From assembly GCA_038087875.1 (NCBI GenBank), contig JAXLNO010000455.1, positions 1 through 64,000 on the forward strand: 64,000 nucleotides of DNA, given 5' to 3'. The stretch is from Malacoraja senta. Taxonomy: Eukaryota. Below, in pieces: positions 35,601 through 50,810 of this stretch. How positions within the stretch are numbered: the first letter of the stretch is position 1; every line of letters starts with the position of its first letter. Position numbers and translations under genes: made by a program. The notes beneath the pieces were generated by a model. The model worked only from the letters and a program-made list of their open reading frames with translations. It did not search any database and was not told the origin of the DNA.

Positions 35601-38600
35601 TTTTCAAAGCAAGCCTTTTGCATTTACAAACCAAACCACCATTTGCATTTTCAAACCACCATTTGCATTTTCAAACCAAACCACCATTTGCATTTTCAAA
35701 CCAAACCACCATTTGCATTTTCAAACCAAACCACCATTTGCATTTTCAAAGCAAACCTTCATTTGCATTTTCAAAGCAAACCCTTTGCATTTTCAAACAA
35801 AACCACATTTCCATTTTCAAACCAAACCTCCATTTGCATTTTCAAACCAAGCCTCCTTTTGCATTTTCAAACCAAACCTCCTTTACATTTTCAAAGCAAA
35901 CCTTTTGCACTTTCAAAGCAAACCTTTTACATTTCAAAGCAAACCTTTACATTTTTAAAGCAAACCTTTTGCATTTTCATAACAAACCTCCTTTTGCATT
36001 TTGATAGCAAACCACGTTTTGCATTTTCAAAGCAAACCACCTTTTGCATTTTCATAGCAAACCTTCTGCATTTTCACACCAAACGTTTTGCATTTTCAAA
36101 CGAAACCACCATTTGCATTTTCAAACCAAACCACCATTTGTATTTTTCAAGCCAAACCAACTTTTGCATTCTCAAAGTAAAGTAACTTTTGCATTTTGAA
36201 AGCAAATCTTTTGCATTCTTAAAGCAAACCTTTTTCCATTTTCAAACCAAACCACATTATGCATTTCCAAACCAAACCACCATTTGCATTTTCAAACCAA
36301 ACCACCATTTGCATTTACAAACCTAACCACCATTTGCATTTTCAAACAAAACCACCTTATGCATTTTCAGACCAAACCACCATTTGCATTTTCAAAGCAA
36401 ACCTTCATTTCCATTTTCAAAGCAAACCGTTTGCATTGTCAAAGCAAATCTTTTGCATCTTCAAAGCAAATCTTTTGCATTTTCATATCACACCTCGTTT
36501 TGCATTTTCATAGCAAACTACGTTTTGCATTTTCAAAGCAAACCACCTTTTACATTTCCAAACCAAACCACCATTTGCATTTTCAATCCAAACCACCTTT
36601 TGCATTTTCAAAGCAAACCATCTTTTGCATTTTCAAAGCAAACCTTTTGCATTTTCAAACCAATCCTTTAGCATTTTCAAACGAAACCACAATTTACATT
36701 TTGAAAACAAACCACCTTTTGCATTTTCTAACCAAACCTTTTGCATTTTCAAAGCAAACCTTTGCATTTTTAAAGCAAAAATTTTCTATTTTCAATGAAA
36801 ACCTTATGCATTTTCATAGCAAACCATCTTTTGCATTTTCATAGCAAGCCACCTTTTGCATTTTCAAAGCAAACCAACTTTTGCATTTTCAAAGCAAGCC
36901 ACCTTTTGCATTTTCATAGCAAACCACCTTCTGCATTTTCAAATCAAACCACCGTTTGCATAAAGAAAACCACCTTTTGCATTTTCAAAGCAAACTATCT
37001 TTTCCATTTTCATAGCAATCCACCTTTTGCATTTTCAAAGCCAACCACCATTTGCATTTTCAAACCAAACCTCCTTTTGCAATTTCAAACTATATCACCA
37101 TTTGCATTTTCAAACCAAATCACGTTGCATTTTCAAACCAAACCAACATTTCCATTTTCAAAGCAAACCACCTTTTGCATTTCCAAACAAAACCACCATT
37201 TGCATTTTCAAACTAAACCAACTTTTGCATTTTCGACGCAAACCTCCTTTTGAATTTTCAAACCAAATCTCCTTTTGCATTTTCAAAGCAAACCTTTGCA
37301 TTTTTTAAAGCAAACCTTTTTGTATTTTCAATGCAACCTTTTGCATGTCCAAACCAAACCACCATTTTCATTTTCAAACCAAACCAGCGTGTGCATTTTC
37401 AAACCAAACCACCATTTGCATTTTCAGAGCAAACCACCATTTGCATTTCCAAACCAAACCTCATTTGGCATTTTCAAACCAAACCACCATTTGCATTTTC
37501 AAACCAAATCATGGTGCATTTTCAAACCAAACCACCATCTGCATTTTCAAAGCAATCCACCTATTGCATTTCCAAACAAAACCACCATTTGCATTTTCAA
37601 ACTAATCCACTTTTGCATTTTCGAATCAAACCACCTTTTGCAATTTCAAAGGAGACCCCCTTTTGCAGTTTCAAAGCAAACCACCTTTTGCATTGTCAAA
37701 GCAAACCACGTTTTGCATTTTCAAAGCAAATCTTTGCATTTTTAATGCATACCTTTTGCATTTTCTATGCAAATGTTTTGCAATTTCATAGCAAACCACG
37801 GTTTACATTGTCAAAGCAAACCACCTTTTGCATTTTTCAAAGCAAACCACCTTTTGCATTTTCAAAGCAAACCACCTTTTGCATTTTCAAGGCAAACCAC
37901 CTTTTACATTTTCAAAGCAAACTACCTTTTGCATTTTCAAAGCAAACCACCTTTGGCATTTTCAAAGCAAACCTTCTTTTGCATTTTCAAAGCAAACCAC
38001 CTTTTACATTTTCAAAGCAAACCATTTGCATTTTAAATGTAAACCTTTTGCATTTTCAAACCAAAGCACCATTTGCATTTTAAACCAAAGCTCCTTTTGC
38101 ATTTTCAAACCAAACCACCATTTGCATTTTCAAACCAAACCACCTTTTCTATTTTCAAAGCAAACCTCGTTTTGCATTTTCAAAGCAAACCATTTGCATT
38201 TTCAAAGCAAACATTTTGCATATTCAAACCAAACCACCATTTGCATTTTCAAACCAAACAACCTTTTGCATTTTCAAACCAAACCACCTTGTGCATTTTC
38301 AAACCAAACCACCATTTGCATTTTCAATCCAAACCTTTTGCATTTTCAAACCAAACATTTTGCATTTTCAAACCAAACCACAATTTGCATTTTCAAAACA
38401 AACCACCTTTTGCATTTTCAATGCGAACCACCTTTTGCACTTTCAAAGCAACCCTTTTGCATTTTCAAACCACACCTTTGGCATTTTTAAACCACACCTT
38501 TTGCATTTTTCAAGCAAACCTTTTGCATTTTCATAGTAAACCACCATTTGCATTTTCATAGCAAACCACGTTTTGAATTTTCAAAGCAAACTACATTTTG

Positions 38601-41600
38601 CATTTTCAAAGCAAACCACCTTTTGCATTTTCGAATCAAAACACCATTTGCATTTTCAAACCAAATCACGTTGCTTTTACAAACAAAACCACCATTTGCA
38701 TTTTCAAACTAAACCACCTTTTGCAGCAAACCACCTTTTGCATTTTCAAAGGTAACCACCTTTTGCAGTTTCAAAGCAAACCACCTTTTGCATTGTCAAA
38801 GCAAACCACCTTTTGCATTTTCAAAGCAAATCTTTGCATTTTTAAAGCAAAGCTTTTGCATTTTCTATTCAAATGTTTTGCATTTTCATAGCAAACCACG
38901 GTTTACATTTTCAAAGCAAACCACCTTTTGCATTTTCAAAGCTAACCACCTTTTGCATTTTCAAAGCAAACCACCTTTTGCATTTTCAAAACAAACCACC
39001 TTTTACATTTTCAAAGCAAACTATCTTTTGCATTTTCAAAGCAAACCACCTTTGCATTTTTAAAGCAAACCTTATGTATTTGCAATGCAAACATGTTACA
39101 TTTGCATTTCCAAACCAAACCACCATTTGCATTTTCAAACCAAACCACCTTTTGCATTGTCAAAGCAAACCACCTTTTGCATTTTGAAAGCAAACCTTTT
39201 GCATTTTCAACCCAAACCTTTTGCATTTTCAAACCAAACCACCATTTACATTTTCACAGCAAACCACCTTTTGCATTTTCAAAGCAAACCACCTTTTGCA
39301 TTTTCACAGCAAACCACCTTTTGCATTTTCAAAGCAAACCTTTGCATTTTTAAAGCAAATCACCTTTCGCATTTTCAAGGCAAACCACCCTTTATATTTC
39401 CAAAGCAAACCACCTTTTGCATTTTCAAAGCAAACCACATTTTGCATTTTAAGGCAAACCTGCATTGCATTTTCAAAGCAAACCACCATTTGCATTTTAG
39501 AAGCAAACCGCCATTTGAATTTTCGAAGCAAACCTTTTGCATTTTCAAAGCAAACATTTTGCATTCTCATAGCAACCCATCTCCATTTTCAAACCAAACC
39601 ACCATTTGCATTTTCAAACCAAACCACCATTTGCATTTTCAAACCAAACCAACTTTTGCATTTTCAAAGCGAACCAACTTTTGCATTTTCAAAGCAAACC
39701 ATTTGCATTTTCAAAACAAACCTTTTGCATTTTCAAACCAAACCACCATTTACATTTTCAAACCAAACCACCTTTTGTGTTTTCAAATCAAACCAGCTTT
39801 TGCATTTTCAAAGCAAATCACCTTTTGCCTTTAACAGCAAACCACCTTTTGCATTTTCAAAGCAAACCTTTTGCAATTTCATAGCAAACCACGGTTGTCA
39901 TTTTCAAAGCAAACCACCTTTTGCATTTTGAAAGCAACCACCTTTTGCATTTTCAAAGCAACCACCATTTGCATTTTCGAAGCAAATCGCCATTTCCAAT
40001 TTCGAAGCAAACCTTTGCATTTGCAAAGCAAACATTTTGCATTCTAATAGCAACCCTTTTCCATTTTCAAACTAAACCACAATTTGCATTTTCAAAACAA
40101 ACCACATTTTGCATTTTCAAAGCAAACCTTTTGCATTCTCAAAGCAAACCAACTTTTGCATTTTCAAAACAAACCTTTTGCATTCTCATAGCAAACCTTT
40201 TCCATTTTCAAACCAAACCACCTTTTGCATTTTCAAACCAAACCTCCTTTTGCATTTGCAAACCAGACCTCCTTTTGTATTTTCAAACGAAAACTCCTTT
40301 TGCATTTTCAAAGCAAACCACCTTTTTACATTTTCAAAGCAAACCTTTTGCATTTACATAGCAAACTACCTTATGCAAATTCACAGTAAACCACCTTTTG
40401 CATTTTCAAAGCTAAAACCACCTTTTTACAATTTTAAAGCAAACCACCTTTTGCATTTTCAACGCTAACCACCATTTGTATTTTCAAAGCAAACCACCGT
40501 TTGCGTAAAGCAACCAACCTTTTGCATTTTCTAAGCAAACCGTTGCATTTTCAAAGCAAACCTTTTGCATTTTCATAGCACACTACCTTTTGCATTTTCA
40601 TAGCAAACCACCTTTTGCATTTTGAAAGCAACCACCTTTTGCATTTTCAAAGCAACCACCATTTGCATTTTCGAAGCAAATCGCCATTTCCAATTTCGAA
40701 GCAAACCTTTGCATTTGCAAAGCAAACATTTTGCATTCTAATAGCAACCCTTTTCCATTTTCAAACTAAACCACAATTTGCATTTTCAAAACAAACCACA
40801 TTTTGCATTTTCAAAGCAAACCTTTTGCATTCTCAAAGCAAACCAACTTTTGCATTTTCAAAACAAACCTTTTGCATTCTCATAGCAAACCTTTTCCATT
40901 TTCAAACCAAACCACCTTTTGCATTTTCAAACCAAACCTCCTTTTGCATTTGCAAACCAGACCTCCTTTTGTATTTTCAAACGAAAACTCCTTTTGCATT
41001 TTCAAAGCAAACCACCTTTTTACATTTTCAAAGCAAACCTTTTGCATTTACATAGCAAACTACCTTATGCAAATTCACAGTAAACCACCTTTTGCATTTT
41101 CAAAGCTAAAACCACCTTTTTACAATTTTAAAGCAAACCACCTTTTGCATTTTCAACGCTAACCACCATTTGTATTTTCAAAGCAAACCACCGTTTGCGT
41201 AAAGCAACCAACCTTTTGCATTTTCTAAGCAAACCGTTGCATTTTCAAAGCAAACCTTTTGCATTTTCATAGCACACTACCTTTTGCATTTTCATAGCAA
41301 ACCACCTTTTGCATTTTCAACGCAAACCACATTTTGCATTTTCAAAGCAAACCACCTTTTGCATTTTCAAAGCATGCCTTTTGCATTTTCAAAGCAAACC
41401 TTTTGCATTGCCAAAGCAAACCTTTTGCATTTTCAAACCAGACCACCATTTGTATTTTCAAACCAAACCACCATTTGCATTTTCAAACCAAAGCACCATT
41501 TGCATTTTCAAACCAAACCTCCTTTTGCATTTGCAAACCAGACCTCCTTTTGTATTTTCAAACGAAAACTCCTTTTGCATTTTCAAAGCAAATCTTTTTA

Positions 41601-44600
41601 CATTTTCATATCATACCACCTTTTGCATTTTCATAGCAAACAACCTTTTGCATTTTCAAAGCAAACCAACTTTTTGCATTTTCAACGCCAACCTCCTTTT
41701 GCATTTTCAAAGCAAACCACCAATTGCAATTTCAAACCAAAGCACCAATTGCATTTTCAAACCAAACCTTTTGCATTTTCAAACCAAACATTTTGCATTT
41801 TCAAACCAAACCACAATTTGCATTTTCAAACCAAAGTTCCCTTTGCATTTTCAAAGCAAATCTTTTGCATTTTCAAAGCAAATCCTTTGCATTTTCAAAG
41901 CAAATCTTTTGCATTTTCAAAGCAAACCTTTTGCATTTTCAAAGCAAACCAACTTTTTGCATTTTCAACGCCAACCTCCTTTTGCATTTACAAAGGAAAC
42001 CACCGTTTGCATAAAGCAAACCACCTTTTGTATTTCCAAAGCAAACCTCCTTTTGCATTTTCAAAGCAAACTATTTGCATTTTCACAGCAAACCTTTTGC
42101 ATTTTCAAACCAAACCACCTTTTGCATTTCCAAACCAAACCACCTTTTGCATTTTCAAACCCAACCACCAATTGCAATTTCAAACCAAAGCACCAATTGC
42201 ATTTTCAAACCAAACTTTTGCATTTTCACACCAAACGTTTTGCATTTTCAAACGAAACCACCATTTGCAATTTCTAACCAAACCACCATTTGCATTTTCA
42301 AATCAAACCACCTTTTGCATTATCAAAGCAAATCTTTTGCATTCTTAAAGCAAATCTTTTTCCATTTTCAAACCAAACCACCTTTTGCATTTCCAAACCA
42401 AACCATCATTTCCATTTTCAAACCAAACCACCTTTTACAATTTCAAAGCAAACCTCCTTTTGCATTTACAAAGCAAACATTTTGCAATTTCAAAGCATAC
42501 CCTTTGCATTTTCAAAGCAAGCCTTTTGCATTTACAAACCAAACCACCATTTGCATTTTCAAACCACCATTTGCATTTTCAAACCAAACCACCATTTGCA
42601 TTTTCAAACCAAACCACCATTTGCATTTTCAAACCAAACCACCATTTGCATTTTCAAAGCAAACCTTCATTTGCATTTTCAAAGCAAACCCTTTGCATTT
42701 TCAAACAAAACCACATTTCCATTTTCAAACCAAACCGCCATTTGCATTTTCAAACCAAGCCTCCTTTTGCATTTTCAAACCAAACCTTTTGCATTTTCAC
42801 ATCAAACGTTTTGCATTTTCAAACGAAACCACCATTTGCAATTTCTAACCAAACCACCATTTGCATTTTCAAATCAAACCACCTTTTGCATTATCAAAGC
42901 AAATCTTTTGCATTCTTAAAGCAAACCTTTTTCCATTTTCAAACCAAACCACCTTTTGCATTTCCAAACCAAACCATCATTTCCATTTTCAAACCAAACC
43001 ACCTTTTACAATTTCAAAGCAAACCTCCTTTTGCATTTACAAAGCAAACATTTTGCAATTTCAAAGCATACCCTTTGCATTTTCAAAGCAAGCCTTTTGC
43101 ATTTACAAACCAAACCACCATTTGCATTTTCAAACCACCATTTGCATTTTCAAACCAAACCACCATTTGCATTTTCAAACCAAACCACCATTTGCATTTT
43201 CAAACCAAACCACCATTTGCATTTTCAAAGCAAACCTTCATTTGCATTTTCAAAGCAAACCCTTTGCATTTTCAAACAAAACCACATTTCCATTTTCAAA
43301 CCAAACCGCCATTTGCATTTTCAAACCAAGCCTCCTTTTGCATTTTCAAACCAAACCTCCTTTACATTTTCAAAGCAAACCTTTTGCACTTTCAAAGCAA
43401 ATCTTTTGCATTTCAAAGCAAACCTTTACATTTTTAAAGCAAACCTTTTGCATTTTCATAACAAACCTCCTTTTGCATTTTGATAGCAAACCACGTTTTG
43501 CATTTTCAAAGCAAACCACCTTTTGCATTTTCATAGCAAACCTTTTGCATTTTCACACCAAACGTTTTGCATTTTCAAACGAAACCACCATTTGCATTTT
43601 CAAACCAAACCACCATTTGCATTTTTCAAGCCAAACCAACTTTTGCATTCTCAAAGCAAAGTAACTTTTGCATTTTGAAAGCAAATCTTTTGCATTCTTA
43701 AAGCAAACCTTTTTCCATTTTCAAACCAAACCACATTATGCATTTCTAAACCAAACCACCATTTGCATTTTCAAACCAAACCACCTTTTACAATTTCAAA
43801 GCTAACCACCTTTTGCATTTTCAAAGCAAATGTTTTGCAATTTTAATGCATACCGTTTGCATTTTCAAAGCAAGCCATTTGCATTTTCAAAACAAACCAC
43901 CATTTGCATTTTCAAACCAAACCACCATTTGCATTTACAAACCTAACCACCATTTGCATTTTCAAACAAAACCACCTTATGCATTTTCAGACCAAACCAC
44001 CATTTGCATTTTCAAAGCAAACCTTCATTTGCATTTTCAAAGCAAACCGTTTGCATTGTCAAAGCAAATCTTTTGCATCTTCAAAGCAAATCTTTTGCAT
44101 TTTCATATCACACCTCCTTTTGCATTTTCATAGCAAACTACGTTTTGCATTTTCAAAGCAAACCACCTTTTGCATTTCCAAACCAAACCACCATTTGCAT
44201 TTTCAATCCAAACCACCTTTTGCATTTTCAAAGCAAACCATCTTTTGCATTTTCAAAGCAAACCTTTTGCATTTTCAAACCAATCCTTTAGCATTTTCAA
44301 ACGAAACCACAATTTACATTTTGAAAATAAACCACCTTTTGCATTTTCTAACCAAACCTTTTGCATTTTCAAAGCAAACCTTTGCATTTTTAAAGCAAAC
44401 CTTTTCTATTTTCAATGCAAACCTTATGCATTTTCATAGCAAACCATCTTTTGCATTTTCATAGCAAGCCACCTTTTGCATTTTCATAGCAAACCAACTT
44501 TTGCATTTTCAAAGCAAGCCACCTTTTGCATTTTCATAGCAAACCACCTTCTGCATTTTCAAATCAAACCACCGTTTGCATAAAGACAACCACCTTTTGC

Positions 44601-47600
44601 ATTTTCAAAGCAAACTATCTTTTGCATTTCCAAAGGAAACCACCTTTTGCATTTTCAAAGCAAACCACCTTTTACATTTTCATAGCAAACCACCTTTTGC
44701 ATTTTCAAAGCAAACCACCATTTGCATTTTCATACCAAACCTCCTTTTGCATTTTCAAACCAAACCACAATTTGCATTTCCGAACCAAACTACAACTTGC
44801 ATTTTCAAACCAAACCACCATTTGCATTTTCAAACAAAACCACCATTTGCATTTTCAAACCAAACCTCCTTTTGCATTTTCAAAACCAAACCACCATTTG
44901 CATTTTCGAACCAAACTACAACTTGCATTTTCAAACCAAACCACGTTTTGCATTTTCAAAGCAAAACATCCTTTGCATTTTCAAAGGAAACCACCTTTTG
45001 CATTTTCAAAGCAAACCACCTTTTAAACTTTCATAGCAAACCACCTTTTGCATTTTCAAAGCAAACCACCATTTGCATTTTCAAACCAAACCTCCTTTTG
45101 CAATTTCAAACTAAATCACCATTTGCATTTTCAAACCAAATCACGTTGCATTTTCAAACCAAACCAACATTTCCATTTTCAAAGCAAACCACCTTTTGCA
45201 TTTCCAAACAAAACCACCATTTGCATTTTCAAACTAAACCAACTTTTGCATTTTCGACGCAAACCACCTTTTGAATTTTCAAACCAAATCTCCTTTTGCA
45301 TTTTGAAAGCAAACCTTTGCATTTTTTAAAGCAAACCTTTTTGCATTTTCAATGCAACCATTTGCATGTCCAAACCAAACCACCATTTTCATTTTCAAAC
45401 CAAACCAGCGTGTGCATTTTCAAACCAAACCACCATTTGCATTTTCAGAGCAAACCACCATTTGCATTTCCAAACCAAACCTCATTTTGCATTTTCAAAC
45501 CAAACCACCATTTGCATTTTCAAACCAAATCACGTTGCCTTTTCAAACCAAACCACCATTTGCATTTTCAAAGCAATCCACCTATTGCAATTCCAAACAA
45601 AACCACCATTTGCATTTTCAAACTAGTCCACTTTTGCATTTTCGAAGCAAACCACCTTTTGCAATTTCAAAGGAGACCCCCTTTTGCAGTTTCAAAGCAA
45701 ACCACCTTTTGCATTGACAAAGCAAACCACCTTTTGCATTTTCAAAGCAAATCTTTGCATTTTTACAGCATACCTTTTGCATTATCTATGCAAATGTTTT
45801 GCAATTTCATAGCAAACCACGGTTTACATTTTCAAAGCAAACCACCTTTTGCATTTTTCAAAGCAAACCACCTTTTGCATTTTCAAAGCAAACCACCTTT
45901 TGCATTTTCAAAGCAAACCACCTTTTACATTTTCAAAGCAAACTATCTTTTGCATTTTCAAAGCAAACCACCTTTGGCATTTTCAAAGCAAACCTTCTTT
46001 TGCATTTTCAAAGCAAACCACCTTTTACAGTTTCAAAGCAAACCATTTGCATTTTAAATGTAAACCTTTTGCATTTTCAAACCAAAGCACCATTTGCATT
46101 TTTAAACCAAAGCTCCTTTTGCATTTTCAAACCAAACCACCATTTGCATTTTCAAACCAAACCACCTTTTCCATTTTCAAAGCAAACCTCGTTTTGCATT
46201 TTCAAAGCAAACCATTTGCATTTTCAAAGCAAACATTTTGCATATACAAACCAAACCACCATTTGCATTTTCAAACCAAACAACCTTTTGCATTTTCAAA
46301 CCAAACCACCTTGTGCATTTTCAAACCAAACCACCATTTGCATTTTCAATCCAAACCTTTTGCATTTTCAAACCAAACATTTTGCATTTTCAAACCAAAC
46401 CACAATTTGCATTTTCAAAACAAACCACCTTTTGCATTTTCAATGCGAACCACCTTTTGCACTTTCAAAGCAAACCTTTTGCATTTTCAAACCACACCTT
46501 TGGCATTTTTAAACCACACCTTTTGCATTTTTCAAGCAAACCTTTTGCATTTTCATAGTAAACCACCATTTGCATTTTCATAGCAAACCACGCTTTGAAT
46601 TTTCAAAGCAAACTACATTTTGCATTTTCAAAGCAAACCACCTTTTGCATTTTCGAATCAAAACACCATTTGCATTTTCAAACTAAATCACGTTGCTTTT
46701 TCAAACCAAACCACCATTTGTATTTTCAAAGCAATCCACCTATTGCATTTTCGAAGCAAACCACCTTTTGCATTTTCAAAGGAAACCACCTTTTGCAGTT
46801 TTAAAGCAAACCACCTTTTGCATTGTCAAAGCAAACCACCTTTTGCATTTTCAAAGCAAATCTTTGCATTTTTAAAGCAAAGCTTTTGCATTTTCTATTC
46901 AAATGTTTTGCATTTTCATAGCAAACCACGGTTTACATTTTCAAAGCAAACCACCTTTTGCATTTTCAAAGCAAACCACCTTTTGCATTTTCAAAGCAAA
47001 CCACCTTTTACATTTTCAAAACAAACCACCTTTTACATTTTCAAAGCAAACTATCTTTTGCATTTTCAAAGCAAACCACCTTTTGCATTTTCAAAGCAAA
47101 CCACCTTTTACATTTTCAAAGCAAACCATTTGCATTTTAAATGCAAACCTTTTGCATTTTCAAACCAAATCACCATTTGCATTTTCAAAGCAAACCACCT
47201 TTTGCATTTTCAAAGCAAACCTTTTGCATTTTCAAACCACACCACCATTTGCATTTCCAAACCAAAGCACCATTTGCATTTCCAAACCTTTTGCATTTGC
47301 ATTTTCAAACCAAACCTCCGTTTGCATTTTCAAACCAAACCACCATTTGCATTTTCAAACCAATCCACCAGTAGCATTTTCAAAGCGAACCACCATTTGC
47401 ATTTTCAAAGCAAACCTTTTTGCATTTTCAAACCAAACCACATTTTACAATTCTAAATCAAACCACCATTTGCATTTTCAAACCAAACCACCTTTTCCAT
47501 TTTGAAAGCAAACCTCCTTTTGCATTTTCAAAGCAAACCATTTGCATTTTCAAAGCAAACATTTTGCATATTCAAACCAAACCACCATTTGCATTTTCAA

Positions 47601-47943
47601 ACCAAACAACCTTTTGCATTTTCAAACCAAACCACCTTTTGCATTTTCAAAGCAAACCACCTTTTGCATTTCCAAACAAAATCACCAGTTTCATTTTCAA
47701 TCAAAACCACCATTTGCATTTTCAAAGCAAACCACCCGTTGCATTTCCAAACAAAACCACCATTTGCATTTTTAAACTACACCACCTTTTGCATTTTCGA
47801 AACAAACCACCTTTTGCATTTTCAAAGGAAACCACCTTTTGCATTTTCAAAGCAAACCCCCTTTTGCATTGTCAAAGCAAACCACCTTTTACATTTTCAA
47901 AGCAAACCTTTTGCATTTTCAAAGCAAACCACCATTTGCTTTT
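29662..47943. repeat. Satellite block 2 (~18.3 kb of the 25/22-bp monomer) with higher-order duplications
   Basis: Same monomer and orientation as block 1; rare variants recur at offsets of 571, 694, 941, 6792 and 8021 bp. Confidence 0.98.
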
Positions 47944-49500
47944 AAAAAAATATATTTTTATTAGAAGCAAGCACATATCATAATACAAACATTTCATCTA
48001 TATCAGTCGTACATTATTAATAATATCAGTTGTGAATTGATTCTGCTTCTAGTTATGTTTATATATAGAGAGTAAGGGAGAAAGAAAGAAAAACAAATGG
48101 TATGATAAAAAAAGAATGGAATAATTTGCTAATAATACATCATTTGGAGATAGGTTCGTAAATTATAAAGTATAACTTTTCATCTAATCCTTCAAGCTTC
48201 AGTTAGGTTCCCGTGCTGAACTAAACTACCCCTTCATATAGTCAATGAATGGAGACCATGTTCTGACATAAAGTTCTTGTTTGTCCATTAAGACAAGTCT
48301 AATTCTTTGCTAGTGTAGGGTCTCCGACATTTCCATAATCTACACTTTAATTGTGGGGGATATAGGGCCTTAACAAAATGTTAATATTAATTTTTTCCAT
48401 GTTATTATACTATAGTAAAGAAAGTTTCTTTGGCTTGTTGTGTGTTAGGTTTTATTCTGATATTCCTAGTATTATTAGTTTTGAATCGGGATCCAATTGG
48501 GTATTGACAACTTCAGAAATTATTCTAAAAACATCAATCCAGAAAATTTGATTTTTATACAATTAACAAAAGTATGCGTTATGTTAGCCTCTAGATTCTG
48601 ACATTTATCACAGATAGGAGAGATATGTGGGACGATTCTATTTAGTGTTTTTAGAGTAGTGTAATCTGTGTAATACTTAAAATGTATTAAGGCAAGTCTG
48701 GCATTTAACGAGCAGTGATGTATATATTGTAGATTTTCGTCCTAAACATCTTTCGTTATAGGTTGGCCTAATTCATTTTCGCATGTGTGTCTATATAATT
48801 CCATCGATGGGATCTCGCTATCTAAGAGGGTGTTATACATATGTTATTAATTTTTCTGTATTAGGATGTTTATTCAAACATTCATCAAGGATTTCTGGTT
48901 CCCTAGTCCTATAATCTTGTGTATTAGATTTAACGTAATCTCTAAGTTGTAGATATCTGAAAAAGTTATTTGAGTGTAGTCTGTAAATCTGTTTTAACTA
49001 CTGAAATGAAAGAAAAGTGCCTTTCCTATAAATGGTGTCCCATCTTTTTAATTCCATCATTTTTCCATTAGGTAAAACCTTTATCCAATATGATGGGTTA
49101 AAATAAAGGGTTGTTTACAATGGGGAAACAGAGTGATATATTATCCAATTTTTAAGTCTTTTTAATTGTTTCCAGATTCGTATACCACTGTATATTATAG
49201 GGTTTTCCCTATAGGTTTTTTTGTGCAGTTTTGTGGGAGCAAACATAATCGAACCAATTTCAAAAGGCAAACAGTCTTCCTTTTCCATCCTTAACCAATT
49301 TGGTTGCTGATCCATTTCTTCCAGCCAGAAATTCATGTTTTTAATATGGACTGCCCAAAAGTAAAACAAAACATTTGGTATAGCTAAACCTCCATTTGTC
49401 TTTGATTTACATAGATGTTTTTTACTTATTCTATGATTCGTATATTCCCAATTAAGCTTGTAACAATGGAATCGACTTTAAACAAAAAATGGGATATATA
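47944..49500 (-). mobile_element. L1-C1: L1 3' end (3'UTR plus degenerate ORF2 C-terminus)
   Basis: AATAAA near 47957-47962. ORF2 end is similar to L1-B. FYFWAVHIKNMNFWLEEMDQQP at 49369 onward. Confidence 0.88.
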
Positions 49501-50810
49501 TCCGAAACACTAAGGGGCAGAAAACCCTAGTGGGAGTTGTGTACAGGCCACCTAACAGTAGGAGTGGAGTTGGGGATGGCATCAAACAGGAAATTAGAAA
49601 TGCCTGCAACAAAGGTATAACAGTTATAATTCAATCTTCATATAGATTGGGTGAATCAAAGTGGCAGGGGTACTGAGGAAGATGATTTATTGGAATGTAT
49701 GCGGGATAGTTTTCTAAACCAACATGTAGAGAAACCAACGATAGAGCAGGCTATTCTAGACTGGTTATTGAGTAATGAGGAAGGGTTAGATAGCAGTCTT
49801 GTTGTGCGTGGCCCCTTGGGCAAGAGTGACCATAGTATGGTTGAGTTCTTCATTAGGATGGAGAGTGACATTGTTAATTCAGAAACAAGGGTTCTGAACT
49901 TAAAGAAGGGTAACTTTGAGGGTATGAGACGTGAATTGGCCAAGATAGACTGGCAAATCATTCTTAAAGGGTTGACGGTGGATATGCAATGGAAGGCATT
50001 TAAAGACTGCATGGATGAACTACAACAATTGTTCGTCCCAGTTTGGCAAAATAATAAATCAGGGAAGGTAGTGCATCCGTGGATAACAATGGAAATCAGG
50101 GATAGTATCAAAACAAAATATGAAGCATACAAATTAGCCAGAAAACGCTGCCTACCAGAGGTCTGGGAGAAATTCAGAGTCTAGCAGAGGATGAGAAAGG
50201 GCTTAATTAGGAAAGGCAAATATATTATGAAAGAAACCTGGCAGGGAACATAAAAACTGACTGCAAAAGTTGTTATACATATGTGAAGAGAAAAAGATGA
50301 GTTAAAACAAATGTAGGTCCCTTGCAGTCAGAAACAGGTGAATTGATCATGGGGAACAAGGACATGGCAGACCAATTGAATAACTACTTTGGTTCTGTCT
50401 TCACTAAGGAAGACATAAATAATCTGCCGGAAATAGCAGGGGACCGGGGGTCAAATGAGATGGAGGAACTGAGTGAAATCCAGGTTAGTCGGGAAGTGCT
50501 GTTAGGTAAATTGAATGGATTAAAGGCCGATAAATCCCCAGGGCCAGATAGGCTGCATCCCAGAGTACTTAAGGACGTAGCCCCAGAAATTGTGGATGCA
50601 TTGGTGATAAATTTTCAAAACTCTTTAGATTCTGGTAGTTCCTGAGGATTGGAGGGTAGCTAATGTAACCCCACTTTTTAAAAGGGAGGGTGAGAGAAAA
50701 CGGGGAATTACAGACCATTCAGTCTAACATCGGTAGTGGGGAAACTGCTAGAGCCAGTTATTAAAGATGGGATTTGGAAAGTGGTGAAATTATTGGACGA
50801 AGTCAGCATG
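49501..50810 (+). mobile_element. Internal CR1 ORF2 fragment (late EN to start of RT) without either terminus
   Basis: Highly similar to ~58090-59420. Motifs VYRPP, LGKSDH and KSPGPDRLHP. No tail. Confidence 0.92.

Noticed and set aside
29644..47983. Many long ORFs (up to 437 aa, HFQSKPPFAFSKQTTFCIFKAN repeats) here and in the other satellite blocks
   Set aside because: The 25-bp monomer lacks plus-strand stops in all frames, so these are translation artefacts of the satellite.
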